Source: Anthoceros angustus (lineage: Eukaryota > Plantae > Anthocerotophyta). From it: DNA of 64,000 bases. This document shows, in pieces, positions 12,591 to 24,959 of this stretch. Position 1 is the first letter of the stretch; each line of letters starts with the position of its first letter. The stretch spans positions 1,922,001 to 1,986,000 of the forward strand of contig MU008160.1 of assembly GCA_010909165.1 (NCBI GenBank). Reading direction: 5' to 3'. The notes below the pieces were generated by a model that made no database searches, was not told where the DNA came from, and saw only the letters and a program-made list of their open reading frames with translations. The translations under genes were made by a program, and so were the position numbers.

Positions 12591-14506
12591 TCACGGGTTT
12601 ATAAAGCCATCCTTTCGTCCCTCAAATCCAGGTCTCAAGAGTTTTTTCTCCCTCTGTGGACATCAGGAAGAGAGCGACGCTGGTCAGCTTTCAAGCCCAC
12701 TGAATAGATGCACAGCCAACATCCGTAGACAACATAAAGCATTTACCTTGGCTATCTGACGCTCTTTTTTACCGTCAATGCGCTGGGAAATATGTTCCCG
12801 CCTTTTCTGCTGCTTTTCCTGAAATGTTTTCCTTTCCGTATCCTTCCTATCTTGCCTGCAACACATCAGACGAACCAAAGACATTCCAAGCCCTCAGCTC
12901 ACTGTGCATGTGCTCGGTGCCCTCTCCTAGTCAAACAACACAACCAGTGCTACAGTCTTTGTTCACTGCACAAACCATTTCTGAGCACTCTTCTGCCGTT
13001 GCTGTTTCTCCTTCTTTAAACTTCGCTTCAGAAGCTTTGGATCATCCAGCACCTGCACCAGACATACTGCACCATCAGAACCAATCCCAAACAGATCCGA
13101 CATGTACATTCAACGCAGCCAGTCACATACCTTGTCTCCTGCGGCACGACTTACAGCAGCACTCCATGCATGCTTAGTGGCGACTGCCTACACACCCATT
13201 ACAACAGCTAGAGTCAGAGCTCCTTCCCGTCAAACAGGACACCATTCACACCAGATGAACCAAACATCTATTACCTGTCCATTGGTTGGATCTTGCATCT
13301 CCTTTTGCAGATCAGTAGCCTGCAGATAGAACAACAAAGCTCAGTGCCAGGCACATTCACAAAAGCTCTTCAAATTCAGCCTCGGTGTCAAACATTTCAC
13401 ACCAACCTTTATGAGCAGCTCTTCTTTAGACACTTTTGGTCTTTTCTTTTGCAGCCGGACAGCTGCAGAATCCAGGCCCATCTTTACTCGACCAAACTCC
13501 ATATTTACGGGCTGGACTTCACTCTACAACACAAAAGACCAAACGTGAATTGATTAGCCCAATCTGTGCTTGATCGCGTCCCTGTCTCCCTCAAAGACAA
13601 ACCTTTCGTGGAAACTGGACCCAGCCCGCCACTTACTGGCTTAGACTTCTTGGCAGGGGCGACTCCAGCAGGACGAGTACCAGAGACAACAGCATCAGCT
13701 GGGCCAGATGCACGTTTCCTTTTGTTGCTCTCTTTCTTCTTTTCAGTTTGCCATGTTTTAGCCTTCTTGGCAGTATCAACAGCATGCTGAGATCGCAGAG
13801 TCTCAAGCCGCTTGTGCAGCCGTTCCAGAAGCTGCTCTCGAGTAACTGCTCTGTTCACATCTGCAATGCCATAACCAAGTTACACCACAAACCATCACCA
13901 AATTACAACGAGGACATACAACACGCCCAAGAGCCTAACTAACCTTGTTTCTTCAAGACAGGCTGCTCCTCTTCCCCCTCGCCACTTTCTTGTTGCAGCA
14001 GCAGCTGCGAGGTGCTGACAAATTTGTCTGGGTCAAGCTGTCAAACACAACCACACACCCATGAGCCATGAACCACCACCTCTCGCCAAGCAGGCTCAAA
14101 TCAAACAATCGATGCGGAACAGCTGCAAAAGCAAACCTTCTTCCGCTTTGCCAGCTTCAAATTCTGCTTCGTTTGCTTTTTCCTCGCTTCACGAGCTTTT
14201 TTGCTCAAACCATACGCCTGCTCGCACCAGCACATTCGTCAGCTCATCGGCAGCGGAACCGGGAACCCACACACCTGACAGCAGACCCACCTGCTGTGCC
14301 TCGGACGTGGATGGAATGTAGAACTTTGCTGGTATCATGTCTACTAGGTTGTTGAAAACTGGTGCATTGCCAAAGCCAACAAAATGTCAGCACCCACCAC
14401 AGACCTGACACGCACCACATCAAGCACCCTGTCCAGGAGGCATGAAATCCTTACACACTGTATGCTGATGCACAACATCCGCCAATTCTTCGGTCGAGAT
14501 CGCCAT
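12591..14506 (-). CDS. SURF6: Surfeit locus protein 6 / RRP14 ribosome biogenesis factor, multi-exon
   Basis: N-terminal RRP14-like MAISTEELADVVHQHTV|FFNNLVDMIPAKFYIP and LKLAKRKK|LDPD. C-terminal SURF6 motifs HAWSAAVSRAAGDK|VLDDPKLLKRSLKK…KSAQKW and LRPGFEGRK. GT-AG introns. Confidence 0.9.
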
Positions 14507-14866
14507 AGCGCCAATTTCCCAAGCACAGTCACTCCTTGAGAAAAAACCCTAACATATATAACCCGATATCGAGAGTGCCTGCTTATCTGGAAGTCTTGCC
14601 AGACTTCCATATAAGCAGCTGCTGACTTTGGCGGGGGCGAAGTCTTCGGCTCTGGGAGGAGTCTGAACACCTTAGGGTTCCTAATTTGTGAAGGCATCGG
14701 CTCCATGGATTAGGGTTTGTGGAACCCTAGATTCATAAACCCAGAGACTTTGCCTATTCGGGCAACGCTGCCATATTTTCTCTTCAGCGACTTCTAAGGG
14801 TTTAGGTCGTGGCTTCTGCTGGTGGCATCCTTGCGGGTCGTTTGTACTCCAGAAAATTTTGCCACC
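14507..14866. promoter_or_regulatory. Bidirectional promoter region between SURF6 and RPS12 with telo-boxes
   Basis: 360 bp between divergent ATGs. AAACCCTAA at 14544-14552 and TTAGGGTTT at 14710-14718; telo-boxes are typical of plant ribosome-biogenesis genes. Confidence 0.7.
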
Positions 14867-15718
14867 ATGTCTGATGGGTATGTCCAATCTTCTCTGCCAT
14901 GTTTTCCATTTTGGTTCTCTTTTCTCATCTTGGCTGTTTGCAGAAGAATGACATGAATGACCCTTGCGTCGCTGCTGCGCAAAGAATGTGCGTGAGCTGA
15001 GCGATTCTGTGGTGTCGTCGTGTGCGCTGCATGCTGTGAGCAGGGAGCCAGAAGCCGCCGGAGATGTATTGGGCGACCAGGCAGCTTCCTCAGGCCCCAC
15101 GCTTGGGGAGCCGATGGATATTCTGACTGGTCTTCAACTGGTATTGAAGAAGTCGCTGGCGCATGATGGGCTAGCTCGTGGGTTGCACGAGGCTGCCAAG
15201 GCCATCGAAAAGCATGCGGCGCAGCTTTGTGTACTGGCCGAGGACTGCGATCAGCCTGACTACTCCAAATTGGTGCAAGCCCTGTGCTCTGAGCACAATG
15301 TGAATCTCATCTCAGTACCAAGTGCCAAGAAACTCGGAGAATGGGCAGGGGTGAGTGGAGTGATATGGAAGCGCGGCCTCTCTTCAATGCCTTGAGTTTT
15401 GTCGTTGATTGTTATGTCTCTCTTGCTGAATCGGCTTTCTTTCTTTTTTGCAGCTCTGCAAGATCGATTCCGAAGGGAAAGCGCGGAAAGTTGTCGGCTG
15501 CTCATGTGTCGTGATCAAGGTAAGGATGCTTCGGATGTCTTTCCTTTTGAAATGGAAACTCGTTATACGAAATCACAAATTTCTACAGCATCCAGGAACG
15601 TGGCGTAGATGACAAGGCTTCTAGAACTAACGGGCTGTTTCTCCCTTATGTCTTTCAGGATTACGGTGAAGAGACAGAAGGTCTGAACGTAATACAGGAG
15701 TACGTGAAAAGTCATTGA
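14867..15718 (+). CDS. RPS12: 40S ribosomal protein S12 (eS12)
   Basis: Exons 14867-14877, 15044-15350, 15454-15519, 15659-15718. Sequence [25 protein letters not shown]…KKLGEWAG|[22 protein letters not shown]|DYGEE. Confidence 0.97.
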
Positions 15719-16697
15719 TGACCTGATTATCCCAATTTTTCTAGGACGACAGTTTTCTCCCACTCCCCGCCTTCTAGCTGTATGGCCCCGGCTTATGGGT
15801 GCGGTGTGCGTGGGACTCGAGAGTTCATAGTGTAAAAGCTATCTGGAGGCCATGTGGTAGCCAGAGATTATGGCCAACCTTTATTATGTTTGCTCGGGGT
15901 GGGAAAACCTCCTTCTTGCAGGTCTCCAGCTGTTGGCCACAAACATGTCAGCGTGAAGCCCCCATTCTGCAGTCTATGCATAAAACTCCCTCCCCTGCTC
16001 GAAAGGGGGACTACCGGCACTTTCACGTGCTTGCAAGAGGCTCACTGATGTCACCGTAACCTGACGCAGCATGGTTGCACCAGATCCGGCTTTGCTTGCA
16101 TGCTCCTGCTGAGGGGCTCTCGCCGCATGATCTGCTGGGCGTATCCTGCCATCATGGGATTTTCTAGGCTCCAAACTGCTGGCTACTAACACAATAGTGT
16201 GAAATCCGTGTTCTCTGTTTGTGCGTTCGGCTGGTACTCCTTCTCCAATGTCTGGGTGTCCATAGATGCGCATGCCTATAAAAGACACACTTGTGTCACC
16301 CAGTCTGTTGTAGCCATTCCGCTTTTTTCTACCGGTATGTGCTTTCCATCATTCCCCTAAGTACATCAACGGTGGATAAGAACTCCTATGGACGGATGAC
16401 TGGTTTCCATATGATACATACCACGGCCGCCCTTCCATTGTGCTGGCAAGAGAAGGGCGGCGGTGCAGTCAGGGCCAGCCTGCCCCGATGATGCCTCAGC
16501 TGCAGGACAACGGAAATCTGAAGTTCGTACTCTTCCTGCACAGCAGCAATGAAGGTGTACTGCATTTTCACTCCTGGCTGTGGTAGAGTATGATTCGAAA
16601 GCCAAGCCTCATGGGTACGGTGGCAGGTCGCAAGATGGTAGGTATCCGCTCAGTGTGTGGTGACAGGGGGGGAAACAAGGGGAACCAGGCTCAGGGC

Positions 16698-18840
16698 ATG
16701 GCTGAGCTCAGGGCTGAGATTATGCAACAAAAAATGTCTTTCAGACCCACGGGCCACTTGCAACTGGGCTTCACATTGCAGTTGTGGGCGTGTATTTTGA
16801 GGGCATGTGTGCTTGCTCATGGCCTCCTCCCGCCAACCATTCAAGCTCAACTTGGGTTCTCCAATGCACGCTGTGCTCTTTTGAGGTTCAGAGACAACAG
16901 TGACGACAATCATGAGTCATCAATGTGGGATATTTGGGATGAGAACGATGACAACGCCTGCGGTTGGATCGGGGTGTCCTGTACGTCTGATCTCCAAGTG
17001 CAAGGGCTCCATTTCTCCGGCTGGGGTTTGGTGGATACTCCTGATTTCGGCGCTAGCTTCGAAAGCCTGCAGCAGCCGGACTTGGCGTCCAACAGCTTGA
17101 CAGGCCTGACCTGTTGGATCTGTCCGGGAACCAGCTGGTTCCTCACCCACAAACATCCTGTCATGGAACACTCTGAGAGGCTCCGTACCATCCGGATTGG
17201 GGAATGTGTTCAACTTGGACCTGTCCAACAACATGCTGTCTGGGAACATACCTCCTGAAGATATTCGACGCGATTGCAACGTGGTTGATCTGTCTGGAAA
17301 TCAGTTGAATGGCAGCATTCCCACAACTCTTATAACTGTTCAGCGCTTTTCTCTGAATCTCTCTGGAAATTTCCTCGTGTTCAACATACCGGATACCTTA
17401 TACCGGAAGCTACATTGCAGCACTTGATCTGAGTAACAATTTGCTGGATGGCCCATTTCCATTCTCAATGTGGACTTCCTTTCTTCATCTCAGCCTGGGA
17501 AGAAACCGATTCTGTGGTGACATTATCGATTACCTCACTATGGTAGACACCAATCTTACGGTGCCCACGTCAATCTGGTTGGAGATCGGGCTACAAGGGA
17601 ATCAATTTACTGGAGACATTGCCACTTACGTCCAGCTCATCGGGCTTCCAACAGCGATAACATACTCTTCGAAGTCTTGAACCTCAGCTACAACAGTTTG
17701 AATATGACACTGCCGACAGCCAAGGACTCCAATCCTCTACAGGCTATGCTTGAGGATCCACAAATGGACGACTTGGTTGAACTTCGGCTAGCCGGTAATA
17801 GTTACATGGGAATCAGCTTGCTGGGGATGCTTAGACGGTCATTGCCATCCGTCCGTATCTGGGATCTTAGCGACAGCTTTCTGGAAGGAGAGATACCCGA
17901 CGAGCTTTTCACCCGCCTCGGAAATTTGATCCAGTTCAGTGTGTCCATGAACAGACCCTCAGGGCACATTCCAACAAAGCTACCTTGCAGTCTTCAAGTA
18001 CTGGAGATTGGTGACAACAACTTGAAGGGATTCACAGGTTTGCCCAGTTTGCTGGTTTTTAATGCATCCAACAACAGGCTCGGCGGAAGAAAAAATTTTC
18101 TATCCACGCTTCCTCTTGATCTTCAAGTCTTGGATCTCAGCGGAAACGATTTTTGGGTAGAAGTCCAAGCTGACATTTTCTTCTGGCTCCCAAACTTGAC
18201 CTTCTTCGATGTATCCAACAACCCCGGACTTTGCAGTGGCCCTCTTCCGGATTTTCTTTCTTCTACCGATGCAGGAATGCATCTTCCCGATTGTCCGCCT
18301 AAGCGTCGGTGGATGCTAGTGATCCTGGTTCTCGCCCCGGCCTTGCTGGTAAGCCTGGCCCGTTGTTTGCTCCTTACCTGGAAATGGAAACGGTATTCCA
18401 CAATGCCTGACTCAGAGCAAGATGCTGGCTTGATTGCAACAGTACTGAAGAGGGCCCTTGTTGTCACTCTGACGTCTCTCCGGGACCTTCAAAGGGCGTT
18501 GTATGGAGAGCAATAAATCTGCTCTCGTCTTCCAGTATGTTCCCAACGGCACCCTGGAGGAACATATTTGTGGGAGGAGGGAACCAGCACTCAGCTGGAA
18601 ACAGCCCCTCCTCGTAGCCCTTCAGACCTCCGATGCTCTGGCCTACCTGCATTCTGCTGACCCTCCCATCTTTCCCACGGATGGCAAGTCTTCAAATATC
18701 CTTCTGGATGAACACTTCGAACGCCAAGGAGCAGTTGCAGACCATCTGGATTCAATACGAAGCCTCCTTCCATTACGTAACGAACCTGCCGTCAGATATC
18801 GAAGTACCCGAGGATGCAGAGAACTACAGTTCAGATGACC
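16698..18840 (+). pseudogene. LRR receptor-like kinase pseudogene
   Basis: LRRNT (ACGWIGVSC), LRRs (LDLSNNMLSGNIP, LDLSGNDF), TM (WMLVILVLAPALLV) and a kinase fragment (LVFQYVPNGTL…LAYLH…KSSNILLD with HRD degenerated to PTD). Several frameshifts; kinase truncated. Confidence 0.88.
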
Positions 18841-19637
18841 AGAGCTCTTTGCTGGATCACTTAGATTGTGGAAAGTTTTCTCACAGTAGTACTCTGTCAG
18901 GGAGCACAGACGCATCGGATTCTATTACCGAGATGGTCAGCTTTGCAGACATGAATGCCAAAGCCCCTCGGATTGCAATCAACATCGCTCTTTTCCAGTT
19001 GATTGATCCTTTTCGTTTCCTTCCTCTCGGTTCTCTGTTCTCTCACCCTTTCCAGCACTTCATCCTACGCCATGTGCTTCATCCCTTTTCTCTGACACAT
19101 TTATTAGCTTCCATCAATATTTCAGGCCACCTAGGACAACAGTATAACAAGAGCGAATTCTCTCTCTTGAGAGAACTTTTATTCAGTGAAGTTTGAAGGT
19201 TGCAACCTTTGCTTTAGGAACACATAAAGTTATACTATCTACGGCCTGCTTAAATGTACGTAGGCGAGACTGCCATACACGGCCGATAGCAGGGGTTGTC
19301 ACCTACCCTCATGTACAAAATGTCTGGCTTCCTAGAATCCTGATCTGGCAACAAACCTCTAAGCCCGGGAAGTTCTTCAGAAATTGTGGGCACCATTAGC
19401 TCGACTCCGATGCCGTTTGTCACCCACAAGGCCCAGCATTGCGCATCACTAAGTTGCCATCCCTGCTGTGTAAGAAAATGACCGAGTGGGCTTGCCCAGC
19501 AAGTGTCGGAAGCCCAGTGGACAGTGCAGCTACTTCGCTAGCCTGTAGAAGCCCCTGGCCGAAGTGAGGGTCAGCATGGTGCCAGGCTGCCAGGGCCGAG
19601 CCTTTACCCGGCTGACAGTGAGATGGTGCTCTTCAGA

Positions 19638-21905
19638 TCACGGGCTCTTCTTGCTGTTGAACATGACCCCGTCGCCCTCCTTCACAGTGCCGATACGGTA
19701 TGCTTTCCCAATACCTGCTTCACCAGTCAGGATGCTGTGACCGGCATGAGAATCAACAACCAGTACCATCCCGATGCCCATGTTGAACGTGCGAAACATC
19801 TCCTTATCGCTTACATCACCAGCCTGAAGAAGCCAAAACAAATGGTGGCAGTCAGCACGCAAAATTAGAGGTATGGAAGTCAGAGATCAACGACCGAGTG
19901 CCACTGCACATACCTTCTGAAGCCAGTGGAAGATCGGGGGCACTTTCCACTGACCAAGCTCGACGTGGGCACCAAGACCGTCAGGAAAGATCCGAGGGAT
20001 GTTCTCCGTAAATCCTCCCCCTGTGATGTGGGCAATGCCCTTCACTCCACCTAGGTTAACAGCTTTCAGGACCTGCGAACAGAGGGTGGAGAATCACAGA
20101 CTCTCCCTCGTCATAGCCCCAAACCCACCGCATGACATCAGACAAGAAGAGATGCATATCACACCCACCTCTGGCACATAGATCCTAGTTGGAACCATCA
20201 ACGCCTGTCCGATTGTTATGCCACCTCCGTTGGGCAGCTCGTCATTCAACGACACTCCACTCTTTTCAATGATCCTGTTGCCCATCCGCCCAGAGATCCG
20301 GTTAAGCAGGCAGCAGCGGCAGACAGGCCTTCCTGGCAGAAGAACCCAACACCTACTTGCGAACGAGAGAGTATCCATTCGAGTGAACTCCACTCGATGC
20401 AAGCCCGATGATGACATCCCCTTCCACAATCTTGCTTCCGTCTATCAGTCTGTCCTTCTTCACAGCGCCGACAGCAAAGCCGCTGAGATCGTACTCGCCC
20501 TTAGCATAGAAGTCGGGCATCTCAGCCGTCTGCAAGCAGGCAAACAAGGCCAAGCAAGCGCAATCCTGAGCAAACAACAAAACCAAGCAGAAACGCACCA
20601 CGAGATGTGAAACCTGGCAGCACCACCTACCTCTCCACCGAGAAGAGCACAGTTAGACATCCTACATCCTTCCACGATCCCCTGGATCACCTTCTCCGCC
20701 AAATCAACATCGAGCGTGCTGGTAGCAAAGTAATCCAGAAAGAAGAGCGGCTGCGCCCCCGAGGTCACGATGTCATTCACACTCATGGCAACCTGCAAGC
20801 AAAGCCGGGCCAGCAGCAGCCACAGGACGTCAGACCCACCAGCAACAGCAGGCCCCGCAAACCTTCCCCTTGTCTTCACCACTCACCAGATCAATCCCGA
20901 TTGTGTCGTGAATCCCCGTCTCGAACGCCAGCTTGAGCTTGGTCCCCACCCCGTCAGTCCCCGCAACAAGGTAGGAATCGCCTGCAACAGCCAAACCCAA
21001 TTCGCCTGCATCATTCCCCCACGCCTGCAATTGCTCTCAACCACCAAACCCACACCCGCATTCCATCACTCCCCCAAGGCTGCAATTACTCTCAACCACA
21101 AAACCCACACCCGCATTGCATCACTCCACCACATCTCTAATTGCTCTCACCCACAAAACCCACACCCTCATTGCATCGCTCCCCCAAGGCCGCAATTGCT
21201 CTCAACCACAAAACCCACACACGCATTGCATCGTTCCCCTAAGCACAAAAAGAAGCTGCAATGCAACAACCCATCAAAACCCACAAAAGCCACAGACGCA
21301 TTGCAACAACCCTCACCGAAGGGATACAGGCCCCCGAATCCACCAATGCCGGGAGTCATGGCAGCAATGCGCCGTACAAGCTCGGCCCCGGCATCGATAT
21401 CCACCCCGGCAGCCTTGTACGTGAGCCCGCCACTCCCGTTCCCAGCCTCCGCCCGGGCGGCCATGGTCTTGTGCATCCGCCACCCCGAGCTGCGGATCAC
21501 GGAACTGGCCTCAGCCCGCGCAGCACTCCACTTGCGCGAATTCTTCAGCCGACCCAGGTCCGCAGAGAAATCCACAACAGCTGGATCCACTTCCACCTCC
21601 TTCTTCACAGCCCGGTGCGTGAGCCCGTCGGGCCCGGCGCACGAGCCCGGCACAATCCACCTCCGCGAATTCTTGGGCCGCTGCTGCATCATGGAAATCC
21701 CCGCAATCCGCCGCTCCTCCACGACACACTTGGAGCTCTGGGCATGGCTCTGGCTCGGCCGCTGCGGCTCCGCAACCTCTCCCTCCGCCGGCATGGCCAC
21801 GCACACCCAATTCCCCACCTTCTTCACCTCCCCCTCCGCCTGCCCCAGCACCGCCAGCCTCGCGCTGCTCCCGGTGAAGGCGCTGCTGGAGAATCGCAAA
21901 GCCAT
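19638..21905 (-). CDS. purM: Phosphoribosylformylglycinamidine cyclo-ligase (AIR synthase), organelle-targeted, multi-exon
   Basis: [38 protein letters not shown]|VAMSVND, PLFFLDY, LLGGE|[40 protein letters not shown]. Long N-terminal transit-like extension. Confidence 0.96.
21020..21300. repeat. Imperfect tandem repeats in purM intron 1
   Basis: Recurring unit caattgctctcaaccacaaaacccacac-cgcattgcatc, about 4-5 copies. Confidence 0.8.
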
Positions 21906-24900
21906 GGCACCCACAAAGCGCAAAATTCACCTCCCCAGGACCCAACACCAGAAGCCCACCAAACCCACCAGAGCTTGCTCCCCTGCAGGCAATCCGAGCA
22001 GGAAGCAGAGGAAGCTCGGAAGAGAAGCAGGGGGAACACGGCAGGAAGGGGGGGAAAGAGCGAGGAAGCCGCAGAGCTGATGACTCTCGGAATGTGGATT
22101 GGAAGGGGAAGGAGAGGGGGCTTATATACTGCTCAAGGCGGGATGGATAACTCCAACTCCATCACGCTTGGGCTTCGAATGCGTGTGCACGGACTCCGCC
22201 ATGGATGCACGGGACGCAAGCTAGGCGCCTGCAAGCACGCTGGGACTGCCCGGGGTTTAGGGTTTTGCAGTTTTGCACTGACCGGTCACTCTCGGCGAGA
22301 TGGGTCGTGACTGCAACACAGCGAAATCGGCAGGACAGATTGGCAACAGTCGGCACGCGATTCGCTGCGGTTGCAGCTGCTTCTGCTGCTGGGCCCAGAG
22401 CCCCGCCCTAGAACGTTTGGAATCCTGCTTCCCGCTGCCAGGACATTTCAGGTCCCCGACTGCTCGTTCACATTACACAACACTAGTACTCCATTTATCC
22501 CACTCCATTTCGCTGCTCGGCGCCTCCCGGCTCACTTCTCTCTTCAGTCTCCAATCCGTTTGCTCTTGCTCTTTCGCCTTTGCTCTGCTATTTCCATTAC
22601 CTAGTCCACCTGGCCCCAAGCTTTCTAGAATTTTGTACTTTATATTTTTAATTTAGAGTGATTAATGAGCAAGTTCATTTATTCTAAATATAGATTTCTT
22701 TTTATTACATCTATAACCTGAATAAATAAAATTATCATTACATCAGCCAAGAATAAAGAACAAAAACGGCTTACAATACACAAGATGAAACCAATCACCC
22801 AGTATACACACAACTTCAACTAACAAAGTACATACATAATGCCTAAAGAGTATATACATACATATTTACGTACGATGGTGACCAAGATCATATTTTACAG
22901 ATATGTACGTATATATAATGCCGGGAGAAAGTACATATATATACGTACATATGTAGGCGACAAACATCACGCGACACAAATATCAACAACAGGATTCTTG
23001 AATCACACGAGTGTTTGACTCGAAGTGCATGTGTGTACATACGCGGGGGAGTACACACTGGTCAATTCAATTCAATTGAAAGTGAATCCCATCAAAAAGT
23101 AAATCCTGGAGTCGGAAGTACATGTACATATGCACATATGTACATGCATGTACGCAAAGGAGTACATATGTACTTACATGTGTACAAACCGGCCTAGAGA
23201 GAGTATATGCCAGTGATCAAGATCATGCGGCACACGTACATAGCCCAACAAAGATTTGTGAGTAACACGTGTGAGAGAAAGAGATCCTCGGAGAAAAAAA
23301 TGCATGTGGCGCACCATTTCCTAGAGCGAGGCTTGGGCGTGAAAGTGTGACCTTGAGTGCGACCTTCTTTCAGTATTTCAGTACATCTACATACATATAG
23401 TATGTATGTATATTTATCTTTCTTTCAATATTTCAATATATCTACAAATGTTGAAATACATCTATATATATACAATATGTATGTACATATGTCTTTCTTT
23501 CATTATTTCAATACATCTACAAATTTTACCAATGCCATTATGAGTACAGGGGATCTCTACAGTAGAACTTACATATTTATACCCATACCCATGCAATGCA
23601 TAAATAAGGATCCTGAAATGGGGTAATTTGAGAGGAATTGTTCGTAGTTGTATATACACATGTATGTAGGTATTTTGTAACAATGAATCTTGTGAGTGCC
23701 TGATAGTACTATACATGTATATAGATATAATTCATGTTCTCATAATACGGATGGATGAATAAAATCTTTACAAAGTCTTGAAAGTAAACAATGCACAAAA
23801 CGAGATTCTTCTTAAAACACAAATGGGTGAAAAACTCTATGAAAAGTCTTGTTGATATCTAAGACTATTATCAAATTAATAATATACCTTTTTTGTCATA
23901 ATTATACTACTCTTGAGACTCATGCTTGAGTATAAGCAAGAATTTCTTGATTGGAGGTTTAGTGAGAATTTATTAATATAGTCCCTAAACTTTTATTTAG
24001 AGTTTTCAGTCGAACTTTTGAGAGAAACTTGGCAATAGTCGTTTCTTTTTGGGAGGGGTCGATGTGAGTTTCCAGAGCCAACAAGTCTTGCTTTTTAATG
24101 GGACCATTACCACAAAGGTGCGTCTGTGGAGTCTGGTCTTGCTTTTCAATGGGACCATTTAGCACAATTTAGCTAATTTAGCTAATTTAGCACAACGGCT
24201 AGATTGGAGTATCTTTTCACACAATTACAAATGGAGTCAAGTATTGCTTTTCAATGAGACCATTCCCACAACTGCATGATTGGAGTATCGTTTCACACCA
24301 TCGTACGATGTGTGGTCATTCAGCCTAACACCATAGAGCCTTACCTTGAGATGAGATACTGTATTCTAACTTTGGTTAATAAAGTGATGCTCACTGTGGT
24401 GAACAAATTAATCTTTCCCAAAGTAACTTTGCTAGAACTCGACAAAGAAGTACAAAATTTTGATTTTTAGCATAGCAGCTAATGCCTTCGCCCGGACTGA
24501 ACAACGGGGTGCAAAATTTTGACTTTTAACTTAAAAGACAGCTAATGGCTTCCATTCAAGCACATCAAACAACTTAATAACTTGGTTTTGCCGAACTTAA
24601 TATGAAGACTTTCAATGTGTTAGATTCACATGATAGAAGAAGAAGTATATTATAGTGCACTTGAACGGAAATTTTTCTTGTCATGGGACTTGGTACTTAA
24701 CAACTTGTACCATGGTGTGCCTAAGCTACTTGCACTAAGGGCATCCATTCCCTTTAAGCACCACATCTAAGTATCAACTACACCATGAAACCAATGGTGT
24801 GTTAGATTGACGTGGTAACTATGTTAACCACAAAACCTCTAATGTATGTTCTCATGAATTGAAACATCTGTAAAAAGACCCACTCTTGACCTTTGTGAGC

Positions 24901-24959
24901 ATTCTTGTGAATTGAAACATATGTAAAAAGACCCACTCCTTACCTTTGTGAGCATCCCA

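Noticed and set aside
14544-14718. AAACCCTAA motifs as interstitial telomere
   Set aside because: Isolated single units in a promoter, better explained as telo-boxes.
20770-22310. Long + strand ORFs (436 aa, 349 aa) overlapping purM
   Set aside because: Antisense shadows of a GC-rich coding exon plus intronic repeats; no motifs.
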